Below, in pieces: positions 16,401 to 25,404 of a stretch of DNA of 27,858 bases (the first letter of the stretch is position 1; the number at the start of each line of letters is the position of its first letter). The position numbers were made by a program, and so were the translations under genes. This DNA is from a virus (lineage: Duplodnaviria; Caudoviricetes), in the IMG/VR virus record IMGVR_UViG_3300033485_000261, positions 1 to 27,858 of that record. The stretch is one strand, 5' to 3'. The notes under the pieces were generated by a model. That model was not told the DNA's origin. It did not search any database and saw only the letters and a program-made list of their open reading frames with translations.

Positions 16401-19400
16401 GAAGCGGCTCTCCAGGCCCAGATCGCGGGAGTGATGTCTGCGTTTGTGGGCGTCCTGTCAGGGCTTGTCGACTTGTGCGAGAAGTTGCCGAAGCTGCGGC
16501 CACCCCCCGCGTCGGTCCTGACCTCCCTGTTCCAGATGGCAAAGTGGCTGGTCGGGGTCTCCCTGGCGCTCTCGGAACTGTTCACGAGCGGGGCCGGGCT
16601 GGAAGACGCGCTGGTTCAGGCCGCAGTAAGCAGCAAGGTGGCAGAGGCCCTGAAGACCTGGGCCGATACCATGAAGGCTATCGCAGAGGCGACCGAAGCC
16701 CTGTCTAAGGGAAGGTGGGACGTCCCGCTGGGGCCTGTCATGGCGTTCATCGAGACCCTGGCTGGCTACATCGTCGCCATGTCAACGGCGATGAAGCTGC
16801 AGTTGAAGGACGAGCTTGCGGTCGTCCTGGGGGACGCCGAGCAGATCGCCAACACGCTGAAGCCGTTCGTCGATCTGATGAAGGGGATCGCCGAACTCAC
16901 GCAGTTGCTGTACAAGACCCGCTGGGTCGTGGATCTGAAGAAGCCGATGGACTTCATCACCCAGCTACTGGACTTCGTGCTGGTGATGCGTACGGATCTG
17001 CTGGCGAAGCTGGGGTACGAGCTAATCATGGCGCTCGACGACGCGACCATGATCGGCAACACCCTTGGCCCCTGGGTCGATGCGCTCGGCAAGGTCGCCG
17101 ATGCGGTTGGCAAGATGGCTTCCGCCCGGTGGGGGGATGTCGACATGACGAGCGTCCTGGGGTTCGTTGGATCCCTGTGGGACGCAGTCTGGGCGTTCAC
17201 CCAGGCGTGCCGGGTCCAATTGGGGCCGATGATCCTTCTCGCCCTGGCAGACGCCACAGCCATTGCCGCAGCCATCACAGCGTGGGCAGACCCGCTCTCG
17301 AAGATTGGTGATGCGGTCAAGGGAATAGAGGAAGCTGCCCGGCTCGCCCAGCGACATACAGGGGCTGCGGAAGACGCCATGGTCCTGTTCACGACCGAGA
17401 TTCTGAACATGGCAGCGGGCGCCGTGGCGCAGCTTACCGAACTCTACGGGGCCGGGCTAGGAATTGCCCTGGACGACATGGGCGTGATCGCGAAGGTGCT
17501 ACTGGACTGGGTGGGCACCGTGAAGGCGCTGGCCGAGACCCTGATGTCGCTCTCCGTGGCTGCTGCCGTAGCGCAGCGCACAGCCGCTGGTGGCTCGGCA
17601 ACCATAAGGCTGTACCTCTCCATCATGCTCGCCATGGCGAACGATGTCATCGCCGAGTGCCGCAAGCTAGACCCCCAGCTTCTGGTCCTGATGCAGAGCA
17701 TGCAGGCTGTGGGCGCAGGCTTCGGGGCTTGGATGGACATGCTCGCGAAGACTGCGGCTGCGGTCACCGGGGTGGAGAAGGCAGCCGGGGCGCTCGCCAG
17801 AATTGGTGACTCTGCGTTTACTCTAATCGCTGGACTTTTCGATTTCATCAAGGGGTACTGTGCTGCCATCGTCGTCAAGGTCCAGAAGACCGGGGACGTC
17901 ATCGGGCGCATGGCCGAGAGCGAGGCGGTCGCAAAGGCGTTCGACACCTGGCTGGGCATGCTCTCGAAGATCAGCGCAGCGGCTGAGAGCATTCGCAAGT
18001 TCAGGCTCGACCCAGGGTGCTTTGACAAGGTGCAAGCCTTTCTCGCCGCAGTCTCGAAGTGGTCGTGGGAAGCGTTCGTGCAGAAGATCGCCAAGGACGG
18101 GGATGCCCTGATAAAGCAGGGGGTCAGTCAGGCGGTGGCGCAGACGTTTGGGGCCTGGCTGGATATGCTCGCCAAGGTTGCTCCTGCGGCCAACGCACTG
18201 GCCTCTGCTCCGATCCCGCCCGCGCAGGAGAGCCTCGAAAAGGTCGAGGCGTTCCTGGAAGCCATTGCGAAGTGGTCCTGGGATCGGTGGGTCAGCAAGA
18301 TCGTCAAGGGGAGCGACCCCGAGGCGCGGCAGAAGATCTCGCAGACAGTCGCGCAGACGTTCGGTGCGTGGCTGGATATGTTCGCAAAGGTGAAGGCAGC
18401 GGCTGACGCACTCCGGGGGTTCGAGTCCGTCAGCGCCGCAGAGTTCGATACGGCGCGAGACACGATCTGGGAGATCATGCAGCGCGCCAACGCGCTCGCT
18501 GACATCTTCACCGAGCCGGATGAAGCGAAGCGGGATCTGCAGAACAGTCGCATGACCGCGTTCGTGACGATGGCGACGGGCGCCTTGGGGATCTTCAAGC
18601 TCGCCGCAGAGGCAACCAGGGAGTTGCACGGCGCGGGGCGTGTCCTGTCAGCGGACTTCGAGCGGATCAAGGGCATCATAGCCGAGCTTGTGACCGTGGC
18701 TGTCGAACTGGCGAACGATCCGAAGTTGATGCCCTTGTTGGAGTACGCACAGACAGAGCAGAACCGCCGCATGACAGCCTTCGCGACACTGGTATCGGCT
18801 GCGCTCGCGCCGTTCAAGGCTGTCGCAGAGGCGTCCAGGGTGCTCGCAGATGCGGTCAGGGTGCCAGGGATCCAGTACGCCAAGATCATCGCAACGATCC
18901 AGACCCTCGTGGCACTCGTTGACGAGATGAGCGGGACATGGCTGGCCAGCCTGACCGAGAGGCTGTTCGACGTGCAGCTACGCACGGCTAACTTCGCCGC
19001 TATCGTGCAGGCCAGCCTCGGCCCGTTCAAGGCCGCTGCCGAGGCGAGCAAGGGGATAGCCGATGCGGTCATGCCCTCCTACGTTTCTTTCGAGCGCATC
19101 AAGGCTGTCATCAAGCGCGTGGTCGAGATCGTGGACGAACTCTCCGGGGACTTCTTCCGGGATCTAGAGCTTGAGATGGACGACATCGTCAAGCGGATCA
19201 TCGCGTACACGACTGCTCTGAACGCAGCCATCGCGCCCCTGCGGTCAGCAGCTACGCTCGCCGAGGACTGCTACAACGCTGTCCTGCCGCAGCAGAAGGT
19301 ATTCACTGCCATCAGAGACACCATCCGTGAGGTCATGACCCTCATGGAGTCCCTGGCGGCTGACTGGTCCATAGGAAAAGAGCGGCTGGACAAGGCTGCT

Positions 19401-20930
19401 GAGCAGATGAAGCTCTACGCTGACACGGTCTTGAGCGCCGTGAAGATCCTGGAACCTGTCACCAAGGCAATGGAACTACTCGCGGATCCGGGCTTGATTA
19501 GGGCTCCGGCGCAAGCGGCCCTGAACATGATCGAGGCCGCTATCCCGCTGATCGTAGCGGTCATGGACCGGCTCTCGGGCGGATTCGTGGAGGGGCGGGA
19601 CAAGAACGCTGCCAGCAAGGTCGGAGGCGGAGACCTGGGGACATTCGACAAGGTCGCCTTGGATCGGATCACCAGCTTCTCCGAGATGATAGGCAAGATC
19701 CTGGCTCCGATCACCTCGCTCGTCACCCTCATGACGACCCTGCACAACTGCGCGGGGATGCTGGGCGGAGTCACCTCCGTTGCCCTGGAGGCGCTTGGGG
19801 GTGCGGTCACCACTCTCACGGACCTGATGCTGGGGCTGGCGGATCACTTCGAGCAGGCCGATCTAGATGCGCGCAAGGCCACGGAGCGAGCAGCGGAGTT
19901 CGCCACCAAGGTCGGGAACATCGTGAAGCCCCTGACGGACGTCATCAAGGCCGCAGAGGCGTGCGAGAACTTCGTCTGGAAGCGGGTCACGAACTACAAG
20001 GGGGTGGAGGGGCTGAAGGAACGGCTCCACATCTGGGGCGAGACATTCAAGCAGAACATGTCCGAAGCCATCATCGCTATGATCGACGCCATGAACGAGG
20101 CGACCAGCCGGGCTGGGGCCACTGCCTTGAACGAGGCTAACGCCCAAGCCCCCAAGGTCAAGGCTGTCGCTGACGCGCTCGGGGCGGTCATCGGCCCCAT
20201 CGCAGCCTTGCTGGAGAACCCGTTCGTTGGCAGGGCGCGAACGTACAAGAACGGGATCAAGGCGTGGCGTATCGCGGGCGAGAAGGAGGTCGGGCAGTTC
20301 GCGGAGTCGGTTACCAAGGGCATCATCGCGATGATAAACGCCCTGTCCGCAGGGTTCTCGGGGGCAGGGGTTGTGGCTGCGGTGCCCGCAGGGCTGGTCG
20401 CCTTGACGCAGGTGATGAACGACACGGTCGCGCTGGTCCAGAAGATTCTCGACCTGCCCGACTTCAACACCGACCAGTTCTGGGGCAAGATCCCCGCCCT
20501 GAAGCGGCTAGGCGTTGAACTCGCTGACATCGGGCTCGCGATGTCGAACATCGTCGTTGGCGCGGACATGGCAGGCGTCAAGGCTATGATGGACGCAGTC
20601 GTGCGGCTGCCCGAGATCCTGCAGAAGGTCCAAGACCTCGGTCCCATCGACTTCGGGCTACTGGCGCAGCTACGCGAAGCGGCTATCATCCTCGCGGAAA
20701 TCGCGGCCGTTATGGGGGCCGGAGGTGGCGGGGCTGCAACAGCTACTCCGGGTGGGCCACCAGTGAGTACCGCTCCCATCCCGCACGAGCCTGGGGTTCC
20801 GCCTCCCAAGGAGTCTGTGATTGCGGTCACCCTCAACAACATCGTGGGGTCAGAGGTTGTCTCGCGGGCGTTCCAGCTTGTGACATCGGAGGTGATGTGG
20901 GAAACGTCGCTCTCACCGACCGCCAGCTAA
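13488..20930 (+). CDS. Tape measure protein, 2480 aa
   Basis: AGEVVVLIKADTT start; tape-measure domain (L.KFA.ETP..LPQI...LQTFG...FGGGM.EQAKTF.G..STL.D); hydrophobic segments; Ala/Gly-rich helical repeats. Confidence 0.95.
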   Translation: MGESAGEVVVLIKADTTDLASKVDVVKKALGQLNTGMEKGGEAARFLRTETDQVGVSAHGTMNKLANISMVGPMFERMAGSVGNLVQAMTRGNAQFETFEIQLGVMLKGTGSFSDGVVLAKERIAELAKFANETPMALPQIVEGEKMLQTFGLSAEKAMGATGESLAGLRTIIGDAASMTAQGAAGFKDLAMWVGRFKSGNTGEALMRLTELGVATRAEMTGLGIEFDKMGSLADKSEAGITKATTALVSLMKTKFGGGMAEQAKTFDGMKSTLEDTMAEMKRVAMVPIFEGLKEQMAGTISMFQGLMPACQQVADALALLPAPVTAAIGAVGVLGPQVASAAGALYPVIATATALGPSMKKAGAGVAHLSGKTLELLPGMHAAAQVLKSVGPAAATAVGGTTIAAGGLAGIGASIMGVVGTITGVLPTILAIVAVIGVAILAFKTNFLGVGDAVRGVVDIIMNAIGGVMNIITSFFDGVSAFVSVFSTGMEQGGSVMGVFSLAWSNLAAAMQDTPLGALFDAVRVAIDAVAPVLTAAGNVIQSVLGPALEFCRSLVEPLERLFTALGVAIKMVFGGDLSGAINVVQSALSNFFASVAEGIGTFFSSAGAKFNAAFPVLQAEAWKLVTGIGKVFLNLSVEILKAIPPAIAAVANFMMSLPGKIISFEMNIGMAFLNLIRKAILGICNYLGADASGNVLAAFGFLVGRLLAAIYGVVAKIGAAVSEWKKGFDKWCDAAWDNVKAAFGRLWEKLKNALTGGGKEIGCTVKKSWGDAFKDWCKDAIPNALKAIDDLLLSVQKKIEGGWAALVNAARTLGAGIAAGVEAGATGAAAPAGPGGGGAGGGAEMPGEGGAGPSKYGAAQAWAKNQAAGAKLAPVKIGEAAAKGAGAGGGGGKAAGGGGGGGAAGQDAISAAMQMISAVSGALSGLIDFAEKAFHFRGFPPPSIMDKLFKGLKDIMDRMVEILPDIGAEEAALQAQIAGVMSAFVGVLSGLVDLCEKLPKLRPPPASVLTSLFQMAKWLVGVSLALSELFTSGAGLEDALVQAAVSSKVAEALKTWADTMKAIAEATEALSKGRWDVPLGPVMAFIETLAGYIVAMSTAMKLQLKDELAVVLGDAEQIANTLKPFVDLMKGIAELTQLLYKTRWVVDLKKPMDFITQLLDFVLVMRTDLLAKLGYELIMALDDATMIGNTLGPWVDALGKVADAVGKMASARWGDVDMTSVLGFVGSLWDAVWAFTQACRVQLGPMILLALADATAIAAAITAWADPLSKIGDAVKGIEEAARLAQRHTGAAEDAMVLFTTEILNMAAGAVAQLTELYGAGLGIALDDMGVIAKVLLDWVGTVKALAETLMSLSVAAAVAQRTAAGGSATIRLYLSIMLAMANDVIAECRKLDPQLLVLMQSMQAVGAGFGAWMDMLAKTAAAVTGVEKAAGALARIGDSAFTLIAGLFDFIKGYCAAIVVKVQKTGDVIGRMAESEAVAKAFDTWLGMLSKISAAAESIRKFRLDPGCFDKVQAFLAAVSKWSWEAFVQKIAKDGDALIKQGVSQAVAQTFGAWLDMLAKVAPAANALASAPIPPAQESLEKVEAFLEAIAKWSWDRWVSKIVKGSDPEARQKISQTVAQTFGAWLDMFAKVKAAADALRGFESVSAAEFDTARDTIWEIMQRANALADIFTEPDEAKRDLQNSRMTAFVTMATGALGIFKLAAEATRELHGAGRVLSADFERIKGIIAELVTVAVELANDPKLMPLLEYAQTEQNRRMTAFATLVSAALAPFKAVAEASRVLADAVRVPGIQYAKIIATIQTLVALVDEMSGTWLASLTERLFDVQLRTANFAAIVQASLGPFKAAAEASKGIADAVMPSYVSFERIKAVIKRVVEIVDELSGDFFRDLELEMDDIVKRIIAYTTALNAAIAPLRSAATLAEDCYNAVLPQQKVFTAIRDTIREVMTLMESLAADWSIGKERLDKAAEQMKLYADTVLSAVKILEPVTKAMELLADPGLIRAPAQAALNMIEAAIPLIVAVMDRLSGGFVEGRDKNAASKVGGGDLGTFDKVALDRITSFSEMIGKILAPITSLVTLMTTLHNCAGMLGGVTSVALEALGGAVTTLTDLMLGLADHFEQADLDARKATERAAEFATKVGNIVKPLTDVIKAAEACENFVWKRVTNYKGVEGLKERLHIWGETFKQNMSEAIIAMIDAMNEATSRAGATALNEANAQAPKVKAVADALGAVIGPIAALLENPFVGRARTYKNGIKAWRIAGEKEVGQFAESVTKGIIAMINALSAGFSGAGVVAAVPAGLVALTQVMNDTVALVQKILDLPDFNTDQFWGKIPALKRLGVELADIGLAMSNIVVGADMAGVKAMMDAVVRLPEILQKVQDLGPIDFGLLAQLREAAIILAEIAAVMGAGGGGAATATPGGPPVSTAPIPHEPGVPPPKESVIAVTLNNIVGSEVVSRAFQLVTSEVMWETSLSPTAS
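16210..20220 (+). repeat. Degenerate ~69-75-aa protein repeat array inside tape measure
   Basis: W/F anchor codons at 16659, 16866, 17073, 17283, 17508, 17730, 17949, 18156, 18369; best-conserved pair starts 18027 and 18240 (213 nt). Array ends are approximate. Confidence 0.85.
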
Positions 20931-21196
20931 CAACGGCACAGCGAGATGCGCTGGTCATGGCGCCAGCGGGAACTCCTGGGCTGGCGAGTATCGGGATCCC
21001 CGACGCGGACTTCGCGGACCTGGAGCACCTCGGGCCGAAGGCGAGAGAGGCTGCTGCGCGGAAGTGGGCCGAGCACCACTCTGTAGCTGCGGTCGGATTC
21101 TGGAGGGAGTTCACCACGTCAATAGAGAGGCTGCCGAGCGAGGACAGGAAGGTGCTACTGCGAGCGTTATTGGGGGCCGAAGATGGCAACCACTGA
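20897..21196 (+). CDS. Hypothetical protein, 99 aa
   Basis: GGAGGTG upstream of GTG; fills the gap between tape measure and Dit, overlapping both. Confidence 0.65.
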   Translation: MGNVALTDRQLTTAQRDALVMAPAGTPGLASIGIPDADFADLEHLGPKAREAAARKWAEHHSVAAVGFWREFTTSIERLPSEDRKVLLRALLGAEDGNH

Positions 21197-22055
21197 GGTC
21201 GTGACCTGGGGGGCAGCCCAACTACACCCCGCGTACGCAGCGACGTACGGGACCAGGAAGCTCCTGGGCCAGCACTGGGGGAAGGTGCCTATCAACCATC
21301 TGACGCGCCCGGCAGCGTACGGCTGGGGGGAGATCTACCAGGGCACCGTCATCACAGGGGCGCGACAGGGGGTGTTCGACCTCATGTCCTTCTGCGGCAG
21401 CGAGGCCAATGCGTGGTCCGAGTTCGAGGCGATCAAGCAGCTTATCCGCCCCTCTCTGGCACCCATCACCCTGACCAAGGCGTGGACCGACGCTGGGGGT
21501 GCGGTCAGCAGAACCCTGAAGGTCAAGGTGGTCGACTGCCCCGAGACATCGTGGCTCGTAGAGGACGCGCCTCGCTTCATTGGCCCGGAATCCCGAGGGA
21601 TCATCCGGTTCCCGATTAGCTGGCAGACCACGGAGACCCCCTTCTTCCGAGGCGCGGCAGAGAGTGACACCACGATCCTTTCGACCACGATTCAGACCAA
21701 GTCCATCACGAACGGTGGGCACTGGCCTATCGGCCTGAAGCTGGTGATCTCTGGCATCACGGGCGTGGAGGCTTGGACCAGTCTGCTGGTCACAAACTCC
21801 ACGACTGGCCCGAACGGGGAGTCCGGCGGGTCGTTCACCTGGACGCCTGCGACCCCCAAGTTTGTGAACACGGACTACATCGACTGGCGGTTTACCAGCC
21901 TCGCCTACGTCACTCAGACCACTGGCACCTCGATCCTGGCGCCGGGTACGGCGAACATCATCCTGTGGCCTGGCGCCAACACTCTCCAGTTCACCGGGTT
22001 TGGAGGGACCACTCCGGCTGTCATCACGGTCTGGTGGCAGGAGATGTTCTTCTGA
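21183..22055 (+). CDS. Distal tail (Dit-like) protein
   Basis: Position; ISW.T..TPFF, ITN.G.WP, L.PG.NTL.F, ITV.WQE.F motifs. Confidence 0.8.
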   Translation: MATTEVVTWGAAQLHPAYAATYGTRKLLGQHWGKVPINHLTRPAAYGWGEIYQGTVITGARQGVFDLMSFCGSEANAWSEFEAIKQLIRPSLAPITLTKAWTDAGGAVSRTLKVKVVDCPETSWLVEDAPRFIGPESRGIIRFPISWQTTETPFFRGAAESDTTILSTTIQTKSITNGGHWPIGLKLVISGITGVEAWTSLLVTNSTTGPNGESGGSFTWTPATPKFVNTDYIDWRFTSLAYVTQTTGTSILAPGTANIILWPGANTLQFTGFGGTTPAVITVWWQEMFF

Positions 22056-23659
22056 TGTTGTCGGATCTGGTCGCGCTCGAAGGGGACACCCGTGTGGTCA
22101 TGTACGAGCCGCACCGGGTCGACCCGCTGATCGTGACCGACATGCTGAGCTACAAGGCGATGCCACGGCTGTACGACCAGGGGACATTCGAGATCGTGAT
22201 CGACAACTACTCGCCCGCCTGGACGAAGACCCACGGGGGAGTCAGTGCTTACGACGACAGGTGGCTGTGCAGGAGCTACGACTTCTGGTTTCGTGGGGTG
22301 AAGAAGTTCTCCGGCCCTGTGGTGGCAGGGGTTATCGAAGAGAAAGAGGGCGGTTTCGGGACGCGCCCCCTTGCCACTGCGCGGCTGACGTGCTGCTCGT
22401 GGATGACATGGTTCCTGGGCGGGCGGACGTTTGAGACAGAGAGCGGCACGATGTGGGCGAACACCGGCCACTTCGATGACACGATGCGCGAGATAGTCCG
22501 GCAGCAGTGTTGCAGCGGTGCCCTAGAGCCCACTAACTACCCGGTCGGTCCCGACAGGGCGAACTACGGCCCGTGGACCCTGACCTGCGAGGCTGACGCA
22601 GGGGCGTCGTCCGAGGAGGCTTACGAAGTCCAGGCAGGGAAGTCAGTCCTCGATTCGGTCATGGAGCTTTGTACGGTGCCGGATGGGCAGGCGTACTGGC
22701 TCTGGCCGTATGTCGAGGAGACGACCACGCCAGCGACCTTCATCTTCAAGGTAAAGGTGGGCAGGTCGGGCGTCGGGCGAGCGATAGGTAGCGACAAGAC
22801 GGGGACCATGATCTTCGCGGGCTACCAGGGAACGGCCGGGCCCGCCAAGGAGTCTTTCAACCACCTGAACCTCATGTCTGTCGCCTGCACGGGTGGGGCG
22901 GGGAGGGGAGCGGCCAGGCTTCGCACGTTCAGCTACGAGCCCACTCTGTACGGCAAGATCGGGACGAGGGAGGACCAGGTCACGATCCCCGGCAACACGG
23001 TCGCGGCCGAGCGGCAGCAGGAATGTCGCCGCATGCTGAACGAGTCGAACGAGGACAACACGCGCACGCTCGAAGTAGAGGTCATCGAGAAGCCCGGATT
23101 GCGCTACGGCACGAACTTCAACGAGATGGACGACGTGACCTTTGCGTCTGCGGCTACCGGAAGCGTGTGGCAGAAGATGGTGATCGGAGCGGACATCGAA
23201 GCGGTAAGCCCCGACCCCGCGACCGTCAAGGCCCTGGTGGGAACCCTGCCACGACAGCCGCTTAGAGACGTCGGTAGGTCGGGGGGAGGTGGCAAGGGTG
23301 GGGGGCGTCGAGGAGGCGGGAAACCCAAGGACTCGGACGGACGGTCAGCGGTTGACCCCGACCTGATACACGGATACGCTTTCATTCAGGGGACCACGGG
23401 GACTGCAGAGGCAGAGAGCTACGGCCATTACCTTAGGATCGACGGTGGGGACGTGGCTTCCTACCTGCGTATCACCACTGCCGCGACAGACAACGACAAC
23501 TCTGGAGACCCTGGGTCGCCGGACACCCTGCTGGCAACCATCGAGGGTGACATGCAGATGGCGGACCCAGTCATGGACGGGTACGTGTACATACGGAAAG
23601 CGGGTGGCGGGCACATCGGACTCGTCGCCAATTCGGCTCCTCCGCCGCTACCCCCCTAA
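22055..23659 (+). CDS. Baseplate hub/Tal (siphovirus Gp37-like minor tail protein), 534 aa
   Basis: ATG coupled to Dit stop (TGATG); GTFEI, FSGPV, GG.GRGAAR, G.RE, RYGT.F...D.VT motifs; Gly-rich linker then short C-terminal domain. Confidence 0.8.
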   Translation: MLSDLVALEGDTRVVMYEPHRVDPLIVTDMLSYKAMPRLYDQGTFEIVIDNYSPAWTKTHGGVSAYDDRWLCRSYDFWFRGVKKFSGPVVAGVIEEKEGGFGTRPLATARLTCCSWMTWFLGGRTFETESGTMWANTGHFDDTMREIVRQQCCSGALEPTNYPVGPDRANYGPWTLTCEADAGASSEEAYEVQAGKSVLDSVMELCTVPDGQAYWLWPYVEETTTPATFIFKVKVGRSGVGRAIGSDKTGTMIFAGYQGTAGPAKESFNHLNLMSVACTGGAGRGAARLRTFSYEPTLYGKIGTREDQVTIPGNTVAAERQQECRRMLNESNEDNTRTLEVEVIEKPGLRYGTNFNEMDDVTFASAATGSVWQKMVIGADIEAVSPDPATVKALVGTLPRQPLRDVGRSGGGGKGGGRRGGGKPKDSDGRSAVDPDLIHGYAFIQGTTGTAEAESYGHYLRIDGGDVASYLRITTAATDNDNSGDPGSPDTLLATIEGDMQMADPVMDGYVYIRKAGGGHIGLVANSAPPPLPP

Positions 23660-23676
23660 AGACAGGACAGACTTAT

Positions 23677-23934
23677 ATGACTACCGAAGACCATGTGCCA
23701 CTGCGCGAGTTTCTGTCCGACTCCCTGCAGCACGAGCGCGAGCTACGCGAGGCGTCCGAGGAGGCGGTGGCGTTGGCGCTCAAATTGCAGGCGGTCGAGA
23801 CCGCGGCTGCGATGGAAGCCTTGCGGGGATGCGTGAATGGCATGAACAGCAAGCTCACAGCGATCCTCGTCAGCGTGGCGACAGCGGCGGTGCTGCTGGC
23901 GCTCAATCTGATCGTTCAGAACGCGGGGAGGTGA
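23677..23934 (+). CDS. Holin-like/membrane protein (coiled coil plus one C-terminal TM helix)
   Basis: LTAILVSVATAAVLLALNLIV hydrophobic segment; first gene of lysis region. Confidence 0.6.
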   Translation: MTTEDHVPLREFLSDSLQHERELREASEEAVALALKLQAVETAAAMEALRGCVNGMNSKLTAILVSVATAAVLLALNLIVQNAGR

Positions 23935-23941
23935 ACCTGCG

Positions 23942-24151
23942 GTGATGACCTGGCGTCGGTGGGTGGCGAATGCGCTGATGACAGTCGCTGGGTGGCTGGA
24001 CGAAGGAGCCGAGCGTATCGAGCCCCTTGGGTGCGAGGCGGGTGCCGCGTTGGACGCTGACGCACGGGTTAGGCTGGCTGAGGGGATACTCCATCATGCG
24101 ATGGATGATAGAGACGCCGAGAGGGCGAAGGAACAGGAGGGGCATTCATGA
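23942..24151 (+). CDS. Hypothetical protein, 69 aa
   Basis: GGAGGTG RBS; stop coupled to next ATG. Confidence 0.6.
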   Translation: MMTWRRWVANALMTVAGWLDEGAERIEPLGCEAGAALDADARVRLAEGILHHAMDDRDAERAKEQEGHS

Positions 24152-25404
24152 GGGTCGTGAACGGCATGCACATCTCGAACTCCCACCACTACGGGGTCGA
24201 GCAAAGTCTGCAAGCGGCTCGGGTCGACGGTGCTGTGACGATCCTGCACCACCAGATGTTCCCGCGTGACGAGGTCGTGGACCAGTGGGGGGATGTCGAG
24301 AACGAATACTGGTACGGCAAGCTCCGTCACGGGTATCCCCCTCAGGGGATCGCGCCTGCGCCGAAGAGGCTGATTCACGTCCGCATGTTCCAGCCCAACT
24401 GGCGGGATTACGACCCGAAGCTCATTGCCCAGCAGTGCGTCAAGCTCCTGTCGAACTGGCAGGGTGGAGGACGGACTGCGAACCTCCTGATGGACCCGTA
24501 CGTCACTGTGTCACCGTGCAACGAGCAGAACCTGGAGCCGGTGGGGGACAAGGACTACGCCCTGCACGCACGGTGGCAACTGGCGTTCTGGGCCGAGATG
24601 GACAAGATCGCGCCTGACCGCAAGGCTACGTCCTGTCTCGGGGCCTGGGCCTACGGTGGCGACATCATCCCGGACGTGCCCGACTCGGAGTACACGGATC
24701 CGACCGTGCGGAAGCTCCTCGACTACGTCGACATCCTGGCCACGCACCCTTACGGGCACATGGAGTTCCCCGGAGGCGGGCTGGAGACACTGCCCGGTGG
24801 CAAGGATGCGTACTGGCACATGCTTCGGGACTTCCGTCCCGTTGGGTGGAGGGACGATGTTCAGCCCGGCCACAAGCACGACATCGGCGGGCTCCTGGCT
24901 CAGTACCCCGGCAAGCCGCTGCTAATCAGCGAGTGCGGAACCTTTGCCCACAGCGACAAGGGGCGAGCAGTCGTGACCTTGAAGGCAATGGCAGATACCC
25001 TCGCTGTTGCGGCTGCTTCCGGTCGCGTGCTGGGCGTTACCTGGTTCATCTGGAACTCCGGGCCTGAGCACGGGCACAACTGCATCTGGGACAACGAGGC
25101 CCTGAGGAACGGGCTGATGAACATACCTGATTATCCCACGCCTTGCGCCGTGCCAGTGAGGGGGGCAGGTACATCCCCCCCTGTCCCCCTCCCTGGTCCA
25201 ACGCCACCTGCTGGCAAGCCGGGAGGGGAGGTGCATATTGTGGTCAAGAAGTCCGAGGGCTGGATGAAGGTGGCGTCGCGGCTTCTGGGCAGGCAGGCGA
25301 CCGTGGCCGAAGCCAACGCACTGGCGGACTACAACGGGCACATCGCTCTTCATCCCCACGTCTGTGTCAGGTCGCCCTGGCACGACCCGTGTGTGAAGAA
25401 ATGA
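24148..25404 (+). CDS. Clan GH-A-like glycoside hydrolase with Pro-rich linker and degenerate LysM-like domain; putative endolysin
   Basis: PCNEQN (acid/base NE), ATHPY, PLLISECG (nucleophile E), GVTWFIW; linker PPVPLPGPTPP; H.V.K.EGW..VA.R......LA.YN...L.P....P. Confidence 0.75.
   Translation: MRVVNGMHISNSHHYGVEQSLQAARVDGAVTILHHQMFPRDEVVDQWGDVENEYWYGKLRHGYPPQGIAPAPKRLIHVRMFQPNWRDYDPKLIAQQCVKLLSNWQGGGRTANLLMDPYVTVSPCNEQNLEPVGDKDYALHARWQLAFWAEMDKIAPDRKATSCLGAWAYGGDIIPDVPDSEYTDPTVRKLLDYVDILATHPYGHMEFPGGGLETLPGGKDAYWHMLRDFRPVGWRDDVQPGHKHDIGGLLAQYPGKPLLISECGTFAHSDKGRAVVTLKAMADTLAVAAASGRVLGVTWFIWNSGPEHGHNCIWDNEALRNGLMNIPDYPTPCAVPVRGAGTSPPVPLPGPTPPAGKPGGEVHIVVKKSEGWMKVASRLLGRQATVAEANALADYNGHIALHPHVCVRSPWHDPCVKK

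Noticed and set aside
13564-20842. Many long minus-strand ORFs opposite the tape measure (and elsewhere, e.g. 7841..8899, 10724..11779)
   Set aside because: Shadow ORFs expected in high-GC coding DNA; no RBS or recognisable motifs, and they fully overlap well-supported + strand genes.
23677-24151. Spanin pair
   Set aside because: No N-terminal TM plus periplasmic domain and no lipobox signal peptide.
3318-25400. Long upstream starts in the ORF track (3318, 4889, 5615, 8892, 9449, 10056, 12588, 13004, 21773, 25143)
   Set aside because: They overlap preceding real genes or the structured intergenic gap; downstream starts with SD or stop-start coupling fit better.
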